A stretch of DNA of 64,000 bases. Origin: an uncultured Planctomycetota bacterium (GTDB lineage: Bacteria; Planctomycetota; Planctomycetia; Isosphaerales; Isosphaeraceae). A program made the translations under genes and the position numbers. The stretch covers positions 3,424,001-3,488,000 of the forward strand of contig CAVTTN010000002.1 of the NCBI GenBank assembly GCA_963737655.1, in the 5' to 3' direction. The notes under the pieces were generated by a model that was not told where the DNA came from, searched no databases, and worked only from the letters and a program-made list of their open reading frames with translations. Each line of letters begins with the position of its first letter. Within the stretch, counting starts at the first letter, position 1. Shown here one piece after another: positions 50,653 through 60,808 of this stretch.

Positions 50653-50880
50653 GGATTCGTCCGACGGGAGCTCAGGGATGGAGGGACCGTCCATGGTGCC
50701 GGGCGACAATCCGTCGAGCTACGATATCTTAGCGTCCTCCCGCCGGCCCTGCGCGCGCCTTTCTGAGATTCCCGCGCGATCGCATGAGAGGATGGGCAAA
50801 CACGGAAGAGTCGGCGGGCGATGCCGAGCCGGTCGGGCGGCCGAGACCGCCTCGAACCGACCCGGACGACCCTCAAGACC

Positions 50881-51900
50881 TCACCAACCCTTCCCCTTGG
50901 TCGTCAGCCGAACCCGGCCAATGTACATATCGGCGGTGATAAACAAGGTCGATCCGTCCTCGCCCCAGCCGCAATTCGCCGTGGCCTGGCCGGTGGCGAA
51001 CGTCCCGAGGTGGGTGCCGTCGGGCGCGAAGACCAGGACGCCCCCGGGGCCCGTGGCGAAGAGGTTGCCGTCGCGGTCCACCTTCATGCCGTCGGGGAGG
51101 CCCGGCTTCGACCCCACGTCCCTGGTCACGTCGGCGAACACCCGGCCGGGGCCGACCGAGCCGTCGTCCTTCAGGGGGAACGCCATCCAGATCGCCTTCT
51201 TGGGGTCGGAATTGGCGACGTAGAGCGTCGTTTCGTTGGGGGAGAGCGCGATCCCGTTGGGGAAGGTCATCTCCTTGGTCACGAGCGAGACCTTGCCGTC
51301 GGCGCCGATCCGGTAGACGCCGTTGTAGGGGATCTCCTTGGCGGGATCGGCGTTGTTCTTGACGAGTCCGTAGGGCGGGTCGGTGAAGAAGAAGTCGCCT
51401 TTGGATCGGAACGTGCCGTCATTGGGGCTGTTGAACCGCTTGCCCTCGAAGCGGTCGGCCAGGGTCACGTACTGGCCATTCTTGCCGGCCCGGGCGACCC
51501 GGCGGTCGCCGTGCTGCATGAGGACGAGGTGGCCGTCGGGGTCGAGCGTCAGGCCGTTCGACCCCGGTTCGCCTTCCCGGCTCGGCCCGCCGGTGTAGCC
51601 GCTCGGGTGGAGGAAGACGTCCACCCCCTTGCCCTCCCTCCAGCGGTAGACGGTGTTCCGGGGGACGTCGGAGAACAGCAGCATGTCTTCCCCCTTGAGC
51701 CAGACCGGGCCCTCGGACCAGTCGAACCCCTCGGCGATCCGCTCGACCCGGGCGTCCCGGGGGACGATCTTGTCGAATCGCGGGTCGAGCCGCTCGATGG
51801 TGCCGAGAGAGGGAGAGGCCGCCTTCTCCTGGGCGATGGCCGAGGAGGCCACGGCGATCAGGAACAGGGGGACGAGGCCGGCGCGCAAGGTCGTTTTCAT
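50881..51900 (-). CDS. SMP-30/gluconolactonase family protein, exported
   Basis: WSEGPVW, GSNGL, FNSPND, FTDPPYG, PNGIALSP, PDGMKVD. Confidence 0.92.
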   Translation of the reverse strand: MKTTLRAGLVPLFLIAVASSAIAQEKAASPSLGTIERLDPRFDKIVPRDARVERIAEGFDWSEGPVWLKGEDMLLFSDVPRNTVYRWREGKGVDVFLHPSGYTGGPSREGEPGSNGLTLDPDGHLVLMQHGDRRVARAGKNGQYVTLADRFEGKRFNSPNDGTFRSKGDFFFTDPPYGLVKNNADPAKEIPYNGVYRIGADGKVSLVTKEMTFPNGIALSPNETTLYVANSDPKKAIWMAFPLKDDGSVGPGRVFADVTRDVGSKPGLPDGMKVDRDGNLFATGPGGVLVFAPDGTHLGTFATGQATANCGWGEDGSTLFITADMYIGRVRLTTKGKGW

Positions 51901-52140
51901 CGGGGAAGGCGCCTCGAAAAAGGGCAATCTGCGGGCGAGAAGCCGGAGAGAACCGGCCGGCACGACGCGATCAGGCTAATCGGCCCGGGGGCGGTCGGCA
52001 ACGGGGCCCCGTTCACCTCGCGACGCGGCCCGACCGCTTCCCACAAATTTCACTCCACGATCCCGGCGATCGAATCGTACTGGAGATCGGACCAATCTCG
52101 TGGGCCGCCCCGGCCCGTCCCACCGCCGAGGAGACCGACC

Positions 52141-54081
52141 ATGAACCGCCCGTCTCGTTCGTTCCTGGCCGTCCTGGTCGCGTCCCTGGCCCTCGTCGGG
52201 ATCGTGTTCGCCGCGGTGGCCGTCCCGGGCTTGCGGGCGAGGGTCTTCGGGCCGGCGAACCCGGCCGTCGGTCCCGGGTCCGAGGAGAGCGAACCCGATA
52301 CATACACCGTCGACATCACCGATTACAACCGACCGGCCGACGTCTTCCCGATGCTCGTGGATGACCGCATCGAGGACAAGACCCCGCCGTTCCTGCCCGA
52401 TCTGGTGGATCGCCGGCCGATGGAGGGCTGGCGGATCAACTCCAGCGCCGCCGTGATCCGCCTGGATTGCCCGCTGATCCGGCCGGACGTCGAGCCGGAG
52501 CTGGCCGTCCTCCATCCCTCGTACGCGGCGGCCGTAGCCGGGAAGTCCGGCGTGATTCCGTCGGTCAACGCGATCGACGGCAAGGCGAAGCGGTTCGATG
52601 ACGGCTTGTATGCCGCGATCGATCGGGCCTACTTCGTGGGTCAGGGCGAGCGGCTGAAATCGCTGGTGGCGATGTTCCGAACGCTCCATGATCGCGTCCC
52701 GAAGGACGGGCCGGCGGCCGAGTACCTCGCCGCGGGCCTGGAACTGGCCGGCGAGAAGGTGGCCGAATCCTCGTCGGCCGCGGTCAAGTCGCAAGTTTCG
52801 GAGTTCCTGGCCGACGAGGTCCAGTCGAAGCCGATCGGCGTCTATACCTGGGACGACACCCTCTCGCGGGTCTTCCGCACCCTCCGCTTCTTCTCCCGGC
52901 CGATCTCCGACCCGAAGGCCGCCCGGGGGCTGGCCGACGCCCTGAAGGCCGACCCGGCGCTCCTGGGCGAGTACCGGACGGCCCTGGCGTTCTATGCGAA
53001 GCTCTCGAACCCGCTCGTGGGCAAGAGCCCGGCCGACCTGATCGACGGCCCCGACGTGGACCTGGCGAGGGTCCGGGTCTCGCTGTTCCCGCCGTCGTCG
53101 TCGCGAGAGGCGGACCTGTTCATCAAGCTGTTCCCCCTCGTCTTGCCGGCCGACGTCGACCTGATGAAGGAGCTGATCGCGAAGATCCGATCGGGCGAGG
53201 TCGATCTGAAGCCCCGGAAGGACGGGGGCTGGTACGATTATCAGGTCTTCGCCCTCGAATCGCTCCTCCTGCCCGAACGGGGAGAGGAGAAGGCCAAGCT
53301 CCTCCTGACGAAGGCGTACAAGACGAGGATGCTCCAGGCCTTCCAGGCCCTCCTGACCAAGAGGCGAGAGACCCACGTCCGGCAGCTTGAGGTCAAGAGC
53401 GCCGCCGAAGCTGCTCCTCGCCCTCTTTCGAGGATCGACCCGAGGCTCCGGCTCGAACCGCTCCCGACTTATTACCTGAGGACCGCCCGCTCCTATGCCT
53501 TCCTCGCGAACTTCCTCGAATCGGCCGTCGGCCCGGCGACGTTGAAGGAGATCCGAGGACTCACCGAGAAGGGGCCGAGGGAGGCGACGCTCGCCGACGA
53601 ACTGCCGGCCATCCGCGACCTCTTCTACGGCCTCTTCTTCCTGAGCGCCGAGGACATCGGCATGGAGCCGAAGCTCCTGGACGGCGAGCCGGTGGACCGG
53701 GCGAAGTGCGAGAAGGCGGCGGAGAAATTCCTGGAATCGTGGAAGACCGACCCGGACCTCTCGGCCGATACCCGCGTGGCCGTGCCGATCTTCTTCGACG
53801 GCAATCGCCGGGTCACCCGGCTCTGGATGACGATCGGCGTCCGCCTGACCCAGCTCGACGTCCGCTATGCCAGAGGGCCGAAGGTCCGGCCCGTGGATTC
53901 GTCCGACGAGTGGACGGACGCGAAGGCGTCTCAACTCGGTCAGAGCGAGTACCTGATCCCCGTGGACGAATTCGCGGAGGTCGAGCTGGAGGGATCGCGA
54001 GTCCTCACCCGGGACGAGATTCGGGCGCTTTGCGACCGGATGAAAACGAAGGACGCCATCCTCAAGGCGTTGCGGAAGTGA
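52141..54081 (+). CDS. Membrane-anchored hypothetical protein, possibly a remote DUF3160 relative
   Basis: GAGGAG SD, N-terminal TM, strong GC3 bias; motifs KPIGVYTW and RLEPLPTYY. Confidence 0.7.
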   Translation: MNRPSRSFLAVLVASLALVGIVFAAVAVPGLRARVFGPANPAVGPGSEESEPDTYTVDITDYNRPADVFPMLVDDRIEDKTPPFLPDLVDRRPMEGWRINSSAAVIRLDCPLIRPDVEPELAVLHPSYAAAVAGKSGVIPSVNAIDGKAKRFDDGLYAAIDRAYFVGQGERLKSLVAMFRTLHDRVPKDGPAAEYLAAGLELAGEKVAESSSAAVKSQVSEFLADEVQSKPIGVYTWDDTLSRVFRTLRFFSRPISDPKAARGLADALKADPALLGEYRTALAFYAKLSNPLVGKSPADLIDGPDVDLARVRVSLFPPSSSREADLFIKLFPLVLPADVDLMKELIAKIRSGEVDLKPRKDGGWYDYQVFALESLLLPERGEEKAKLLLTKAYKTRMLQAFQALLTKRRETHVRQLEVKSAAEAAPRPLSRIDPRLRLEPLPTYYLRTARSYAFLANFLESAVGPATLKEIRGLTEKGPREATLADELPAIRDLFYGLFFLSAEDIGMEPKLLDGEPVDRAKCEKAAEKFLESWKTDPDLSADTRVAVPIFFDGNRRVTRLWMTIGVRLTQLDVRYARGPKVRPVDSSDEWTDAKASQLGQSEYLIPVDEFAEVELEGSRVLTRDEIRALCDRMKTKDAILKALRK

Positions 54082-54202
54082 AGATTTCGTAAAGGATTCC
54101 GAAGCGGCCGGCCCTCGTCTTGACCGCCGGGGCCGGGGCCGGCTAGGGTCGAATCGATCGACCCGATCGACCGGGTCGGCTAGTCCCCGGGGCCGGCCTC
54201 CC

Positions 54203-55606
54203 ATGTCCTCGCTGTTCGATGGCTCGGTCGGCGGGGGGACGCTCGCGTTCCTGTTTCTCGCCCTGGGGATCGCCCTGGGGTTCGAGTTCGTGAACGGATT
54301 CCACGACACGGCCAACGCCGTGGCCACGGTCATCTACACGAGGTCGCTCTCGCCCCGGAAGGCGGTGATCTGGTCGGGCCTGTGCAACTTCGCCGGGGTG
54401 GCGCTGGGCGGGACGGCCGTGGCGTTCGGGATCGTGAATCTCCTGCCCGTGGACCTGCTCGTCAAGATCGGCTCGTACGCCGGGATGGAGATGGTCCTGG
54501 CCCTCCTGATCGCCGCCACGATCTGGAACCTCGGGACGTGGTGGCTCGGCCTCCCGGCGTCGAGTTCGCATACCCTGATCGGCGCGATCGTGGGGGTCGG
54601 ACTCGTCCACTCCTGGAGGACGGGCGTGCCGATCTCCGAGGGGGTGAACTGGAAGGCGGTCGGCGCGGTGGGGATGTCCCTGCTGATCTCGCCGATCGTC
54701 GGGTTCGTGGCTGCGGCGATCCTCCTTCGCGTCCTGAAGCGATTCGTGACCGACCCGAAGCTCTACGAGCCGGCCGCCGCCGACCAGCCCCCGCCGAAGT
54801 GGATTCGCGGGACCCTGATCGCGACGTGTACCGGGGTCAGCCTGGCCCACGGCTCGAACGACGGCCAGAAGGGGATCGGGATCGTCATGCTGATCCTGAT
54901 CGGGATCGTCCCCGCCCACTACCTGATCGACCCCGACGCCTCCGGCGAGAGCTTCCGCAAGGTGGCCGCCGCCGCCGGGGAGCTCGACGCGATGGTCAAG
55001 GCCCACGAGGGGGACGGGCACTCGCCGGACGTGCGCTCCGAGCTCCAGAACATCCAGGTCCTGCTCGAAGGTCGGGAACGGCCCGGGCAGATCCCGGAGA
55101 GCGATCGAAGGAGGGTCCGCTCGGCCGTCTTGAGGTCGGCCGAAGGGCTTCGCGACTGGGAAGAGGACCGAGCCGCGAGCCTCTCCGACCCCGACCGGGA
55201 GCGGGTCAAGGCCCTTCGAACGAGGCTCCTGGGCGTCGTGGAATACGCCCCGAAGTGGGTGATGGTGGCCGTGGCGACGGCCCTGGGGCTGGGGACGACG
55301 GTCGGCTGGAAGCGGATCGTCCAGACGGTCGGCGAGAAGATCGGCAAGTCTCACCTGTCGTATGCGCAAGGGGCCGCCGCAGAGATCGTGGCGATGACCA
55401 CGATCGGCCTGGCGGACTTCGGCGGGCTGCCCGTGAGCACGACTCACGTGCTCTCCTCCGGGGTGGCCGGGACGATGGCGGCCAATGGGTCGGGCCTCCA
55501 GTGGAACACGGTCCGCAACATCGCGCTGGCCTGGGTGCTCACGCTCCCTGCCGCGATGACGCTTTCCGGCGGCCTGTTCCTCCTGTTCCGTACCATCCTC
55601 GGCTAG
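54203..55606 (+). CDS. pitA: Inorganic phosphate transporter (PiT family)
   Basis: NGFHDTANA, GLPASSSH, HGSNDGQK, PVSTTH, AWVLTLP. Confidence 0.93.
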   Translation: MSSLFDGSVGGGTLAFLFLALGIALGFEFVNGFHDTANAVATVIYTRSLSPRKAVIWSGLCNFAGVALGGTAVAFGIVNLLPVDLLVKIGSYAGMEMVLALLIAATIWNLGTWWLGLPASSSHTLIGAIVGVGLVHSWRTGVPISEGVNWKAVGAVGMSLLISPIVGFVAAAILLRVLKRFVTDPKLYEPAAADQPPPKWIRGTLIATCTGVSLAHGSNDGQKGIGIVMLILIGIVPAHYLIDPDASGESFRKVAAAAGELDAMVKAHEGDGHSPDVRSELQNIQVLLEGRERPGQIPESDRRRVRSAVLRSAEGLRDWEEDRAASLSDPDRERVKALRTRLLGVVEYAPKWVMVAVATALGLGTTVGWKRIVQTVGEKIGKSHLSYAQGAAAEIVAMTTIGLADFGGLPVSTTHVLSSGVAGTMAANGSGLQWNTVRNIALAWVLTLPAAMTLSGGLFLLFRTILG

Positions 55607-55746
55607 ATCCTTAGCGATTTCGCCCGAAATCGTCGGCACGAGGCCGATCGGCGACCTAGCCTTGGGACGGAGGGCGCTGCGGGCCTTCCCGAGCAGTGCG
55701 CCTCCCGCCCTGGCGGACGGGGCGGGTCCGCCGGAGGCCCAGGCCG

Positions 55747-57048
55747 ATGCGGTTTCTTCCCTGGAATCGGGGACGCGTGCCCTCACGCGCCCGAAGATCG
55801 ACCCGAGCGGTGGTCGGCCTGGAGCCGATGGCCCCGATCCTGCTCCTGACGGCCTCTCCGGCCGCCGTGGCACCCTCGGACGACGAGCAGCTCATGCTCG
55901 AACTGATCAACCGAGCGAGGGCCAACCCCCAGGCCGAGGGGCAACGGCTCGTGGGCCTCCTCCAGGCCGACCCAACCCTCCGGGCCGCGGCCGGCTCGCT
56001 GGACGTCTCCGCGTTCCTCCAGGAGATCGATTCGTACGGGCCTCGCCCCCCTCTGGCGTTCGACCCCCGACTGATCGCCGCCGCGAGGGACCGGGACGCG
56101 CTCATGCTCGCCGCCAACGCCCAGGAGCATTCGCCGTCCGGGGCCGTGGTCACGGGGGCCTCGGGATGGCTGGACTCCGATGGCCAGCCGTTCTTCCCGG
56201 CCGACGGCCAGTCCTGGACGGCCGCCGAGAACATTTTTGCCTATTCCGGCAACGTGGCCGATCGCTCGACCTCGCAGGTCGTCGAGTACTTCGAGGCCGC
56301 GTTCCTCCTGGACTGGGGCAACCCCGATTTCGGTCACCTGAAGAACCTGATGCTCCCGGGACCAAGCCAGGCCCAGGCCGAGGGGACCCTGCCGATCGCC
56401 GAGATCGGCATCGGCCTGCTGACCGGAGTCTCGCCGACGGCCCCTCCGCCCGCCTCGGCCGAGCTCGCCTCGAACGACGGCCTGAACGTCGGCCCGGACC
56501 TCGTGACCCAGGAATTCGCCTGGAGGAGAGGCGATCCCTTCTTGACCGGAGTGGCCTACCAGGACCGCGACGGAGGCGGATTTTACTCGCCCGGAGAGGG
56601 GCTCGGGGCGGTCACGATCTCGGCGGTGGGCCTTCACGGCGAGGGAACGTTCTCGACCACGACCTGGGACTCGGGCGGATACTCGCTCAAGCTCCCGGCG
56701 GGGACGTTCGCCGTGACCGCCTCGGGCGGGGCACTTTCCGCCCCCTCGACGACGACCGTGACGATCGGGACCGACAACGTCGGCTGGGACATCGTCGAGC
56801 CGAAAGCCCCGGCGATTCCTGCGTCGCCCGTCGTGGGCCTTCCCGCACCCTCGCCCGCCTCGACGCCAACCCCGGTCGCATCCACCCCCTCGAAGACCGT
56901 CGCGCCTTCCCCCTCGTCGAGCGTCTCGCCGCCCTCGGAGGTCGGGACCTCGAAGCGATCGGCGCATCCTGGCCGGAAGAAGGCCATCAGCCATCGCCCG
57001 AAGTGGTCCAGGTTGGCGAGTCTGGCAGCCCGAGTCCGCCCGGGGTGA
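55747..57048 (+). CDS. Exported CAP/SCP-like domain + carboxypeptidase-regulatory/SdrB-like domain protein
   Basis: GLEPMAPILLL motif; EQLMLELINRARANP, AENI, GHLKNL, EIGIG, TQEFA; FLTGVAYQDRDG..YSPGEGL. Confidence 0.75.
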   Translation: MRFLPWNRGRVPSRARRSTRAVVGLEPMAPILLLTASPAAVAPSDDEQLMLELINRARANPQAEGQRLVGLLQADPTLRAAAGSLDVSAFLQEIDSYGPRPPLAFDPRLIAAARDRDALMLAANAQEHSPSGAVVTGASGWLDSDGQPFFPADGQSWTAAENIFAYSGNVADRSTSQVVEYFEAAFLLDWGNPDFGHLKNLMLPGPSQAQAEGTLPIAEIGIGLLTGVSPTAPPPASAELASNDGLNVGPDLVTQEFAWRRGDPFLTGVAYQDRDGGGFYSPGEGLGAVTISAVGLHGEGTFSTTTWDSGGYSLKLPAGTFAVTASGGALSAPSTTTVTIGTDNVGWDIVEPKAPAIPASPVVGLPAPSPASTPTPVASTPSKTVAPSPSSSVSPPSEVGTSKRSAHPGRKKAISHRPKWSRLASLAARVRPG

Positions 57049-58536
57049 GCCCGAGAGGGCTCGCGGGGTCGGGCCGGTTCGACCCGTCGAGGAGATAGCC
57101 CGAGGCAAGGCGGCCGAATTCCTCGACTTGCGACGCGATCCAGGCCTCCTCCTTGCCCAGGACCTCCGCGAGGATTCGGGCGACCTGGGGGGCGGCCTGG
57201 ATGGCGGCTCGGGCGTCGAGGAAGAGCCATCGAATCCGACGGGCCAGGACGTCCTCGACCGTCCTCGCCAGCTCGTCTCGGATGGCGCGGACCACCTGAT
57301 CGGGGAATTCAAGCTCCGGCCCGTCTTGCTGATGGAGAGGGAGCCGATCGGTGGTGCACGGGCGGGAGGGAAGGCCCGCGACCTGCGCCGCCAGGTCCAC
57401 GGCATCGCGAGCCATCACGCGATACGACGTCCATTTGCCCCCGGTGATCGTCACCAGGCCCGATCCGGCGGCCTCGACGAGGTGACCTCGCGAGAGGGAG
57501 GCGGTCCTCTCCCCGGCGGCCCCTCGGATCAGGGGACGCAGCCCGGCGAACACGCATTTCACGTCCGAGGGGTCGGGGCGGCGGCCCAGATAGCGGCCCA
57601 CGTGCTCGGAGAGGAACTCCACCTCCTCGGGCAAGGCCCGGGGCTCCGCCGAGACCGCCGAGACGGGCGTATCGGTCGTCCCGACGAGCGTCCGTCCCAG
57701 CCACGGGATCGCGAACAGGACCCGGCCATCGCTCGTCTTCGGCACCAGGACGGCCGTCTCTCCCGGGAGGAACGAGCGGTCCAGGACGAGATGGGCCCCC
57801 TGGCTCGGCGCGATCCTCGGCGACGAGGACGGGGAATCGAGCCGGCGGATTTCGTCGGCGAACACCCCGGCCGCGTTGATCAGGACTTTCGCCCGAACTT
57901 CCACCTCCTCGCCGGTCTCCGAGTCCCGGACGACCAGGCCCGAGAGCGTCTCCCCCTCTCGGAGGAGCCGGACCGCCGGCGCATGGTTCATCGCCAGGCC
58001 GCCGAGGTCGAAGAACGTCCTCAGCAGGGCGACGGCCATCCGGGAATCGTCGAACTGGCCGTCGTGATAGAGGACGCCGCCGCGAAGCCCCTGGGCCGAG
58101 AGCGTCGGGGCCCGTTCGATCGCCTCGGCCCGGCCGACTCCTCGCGACCATTCCCACCGGGAGCGGCCGGCGAGGAGGTCATAAGCCTTCAGCCCGAGCG
58201 AGTAATAGGGCCGGTCCAAAAAGGAATACGCCGGGATCAGGAAGGCGCGGTCGTGGACGATCCCGGCGCGTTCCGGCGGAGGATCTCCCGTTCGCGGAGG
58301 GCCTCGCGGACCAGCCCGACCCGACCCTGGGCGAGGTAGCGAACGCCTCCGTGGATCAGCTTGGTGCTCCGGCTGGAGGTGCCCTGGGCGAAGTCGCGGG
58401 CCTCGAACAGGACCGTCCGATAGCCGCGATTCGCCGAGTCGACGGCCGAGCCCAGCCCGGTGGCCCCCCCGCCGATGATGGCCACGTCCCATCGGGGCTC
58501 GTCGCGGAGGCGTTCCAGGATCGTCGATCGAAGCAC
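56987..58536 (-). CDS. glpD: FAD-dependent glycerol-3-phosphate dehydrogenase (frameshift near 58265; start uncertain)
   Basis: IIGGGATG, GTSSRSTKLIHGGVRYL, DGQFDD, INAAG, GTTD, FAGLRPL, GGKWT. Confidence 0.92.
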
Positions 58537-58655
58537 GCGAGGCTCCCCGGGGGCCGTCCTCCCCGTCCGACCGCCGCGGGCCGGTTGAGGAGGCCGGGTG
58601 GTCATGCTACCGTCGGGGCAATCCCCCGGCCCAGCCCCTTCGAGAACAACCCCCG

Positions 58656-60716
58656 ATGATTCGCATCTTGGCGATTTTGCTCCTCGTCGCCGGCCCGGCC
58701 CTGGCCGACGGCCCGGCCGACAACGTCCCGGAGCAGTCCCGGCCGATCCCGCCGAAGGGCAAGCCCGTCCCCGAGGACCAGAGGAAGGCCCTCGAAGTCG
58801 GCCTGGCGAAGCTCGGCAAGGCCGTCGAGGCCCTCCACGCCTCGAACGACCCGAAGGTCGCCCGGCTGGTCCCGGACGTGGAGATCTACGAGAAATCCGT
58901 GCACTACGCCCTGGAATATGACGAATTCTACACGCCCGAAGAGGTCGTCACCGCGAAACGGATGCTCGACGAGGGCCTCGATCGCGCCAACGCCCTCCTG
59001 GAGAAGGGCGACGCCCCGTGGACCCGGGCCACCGGGACCGTCTGGCTCGCCTACCGCTCGAAGATTGACGGATCGGTCCAGCCCTACTCGTTGATCGTCC
59101 CCGAATCCTGGAACGCGCTTTCCCCCCATCGCCACCGGCTCGACGTCTGGTTCCACGGCCGGGGCGAAACCCGCACCGAGGTCTTCTTCTACAACGAGAG
59201 GAAGAAGGACCGGGGCGAGTTCACGCCCGAGGATGCATTCGTCCTCCACCCCTACGGCCGGTTCTGCAACGCGGCGAAGTTCGCCGGGGAAATCGACGCC
59301 CTGGAAGCGCTGGCCGACGTCCAGGCTCGCTACAAGATCGACGAGGACCGGGTCGCGGTCCGGGGATTTTCGATGGGAGGGGCCTCGACCTGGCATTTCG
59401 CGGTCCATTACGCCGACCGCTGGTTCGCGGCGAACCCCGGCGCGGGCTTCTCCGAGACGCCCCGTTTCCTGGACGTCTTCCAGAAGGAAAAACTGGAACC
59501 CGCCTGGTACGAAAAGGTCCTCTGGCACTGGTACGACTGCCCCGAGGTGGCGGTGAACCTCGCCCAGTGCCCGACCGTCGCCTACAGCGGGGAGATCGAC
59601 AACCAGAAGCAGGCGGCCGACGTGATGGCCGAGGCCCTGGAGAGGCTCGACATGCCGCTGACCCACATCATCGGCCCGAAAACCCCGCACCGCTACCATC
59701 CCGAGGCCAAGCAGGAGGTGGCTCGAAGGATGGAGGAGCTGGCCCGGATCGGCCGCGAGCGCGTCCCTCGTCGGGTCCGGTTCGTGACGTATAGCCTGCT
59801 CTACAACCGGATGGACTGGATCACCCTCGACGCGATGGACGAGCACTGGAAGCCGGCGAAAGCGTCGGCCCTGGTCGATCCCAGCGGCCGGCTTGACCCG
59901 GTGGTGGTGGTCCAGAACGTCCGCGCGTTCACCCTGGAAATGCCCACAGGGCTCTGCCCCCTGGATCGAGGCCGGCCGATCCAGGTCCACATCGCGGAAT
60001 CGTCGGAGAATGGCGACTCCGACGACGAGGGCACGCGGCTGACGGTGCCCGGACCCGAGACCGATCGCTCCTGGAAGGCCCGGTTTCACAAGGACGGCGA
60101 CGAGTGGAAGGTCGGCCCCCTGCCCGAGAACGGCCTCCGCAAGGTCCACGGGCTCCAGGGGCCGATCGACGACGCGTTCCTCGACCGCTTCACGTTCGTC
60201 ATGCCGTCGGGCCAGGGCGCCCATCCGAAGGTGGCGGCCTGGGTCGAGTCCGAACGGAACCGGGCGGTCCGTCGGTGGCGTTCCCAGATGCGAGGCGATG
60301 CTCACATCAAGCTCGACCGCGACGTGACCGACGCCGACATCGCCGCCGGCAACCTCGTGCTCTGGGGCGACCCGGAGAGCAACTCCGTTCTCAAGAAGAT
60401 CGCCGACAAGCTTCCCATCAAGTGGGACGGCGATCAGATCGTCGCCGGGGACCGGAAGTTCCCGGCCTCGGAGCACGTGCCGATTTTGGTCTATCCCAAC
60501 CCGCTGAACCCGAAGAAGTACGTCGTCCTGAACAGCGGGTTCACGTATCGCGAGTACGACGACCTGAACAACGCCAGGCAGGTGCCGAGGCTGCCGGACT
60601 GGGCGATCGTGGACGTGACCACCCCGCCCAATAGCCGTTTCCCCGGCAAGGTCGTCGATGCCGACTTCTTCGATGACTCCTGGGCGCTCAAGCCGCCTCA
60701 TCAGGCACATCCGTGA
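58656..60716 (+). CDS. Exported alpha/beta-hydrolase (prolyl oligopeptidase/esterase-like)
   Basis: Signal peptide; YRSKIDGSVQPY, HGRG, nucleophile elbow GFSMGG. Confidence 0.85.
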   Translation: MIRILAILLLVAGPALADGPADNVPEQSRPIPPKGKPVPEDQRKALEVGLAKLGKAVEALHASNDPKVARLVPDVEIYEKSVHYALEYDEFYTPEEVVTAKRMLDEGLDRANALLEKGDAPWTRATGTVWLAYRSKIDGSVQPYSLIVPESWNALSPHRHRLDVWFHGRGETRTEVFFYNERKKDRGEFTPEDAFVLHPYGRFCNAAKFAGEIDALEALADVQARYKIDEDRVAVRGFSMGGASTWHFAVHYADRWFAANPGAGFSETPRFLDVFQKEKLEPAWYEKVLWHWYDCPEVAVNLAQCPTVAYSGEIDNQKQAADVMAEALERLDMPLTHIIGPKTPHRYHPEAKQEVARRMEELARIGRERVPRRVRFVTYSLLYNRMDWITLDAMDEHWKPAKASALVDPSGRLDPVVVVQNVRAFTLEMPTGLCPLDRGRPIQVHIAESSENGDSDDEGTRLTVPGPETDRSWKARFHKDGDEWKVGPLPENGLRKVHGLQGPIDDAFLDRFTFVMPSGQGAHPKVAAWVESERNRAVRRWRSQMRGDAHIKLDRDVTDADIAAGNLVLWGDPESNSVLKKIADKLPIKWDGDQIVAGDRKFPASEHVPILVYPNPLNPKKYVVLNSGFTYREYDDLNNARQVPRLPDWAIVDVTTPPNSRFPGKVVDADFFDDSWALKPPHQAHP

Positions 60717-60808
60717 TCCGCGAGGCCGTGAAATCAACCCGGGAGGCCGGCCCTTTTCGATTGGTGCCGACGACCCGGGTGAATTCCTTTCCCACGATCG
60801 GGACCCTC

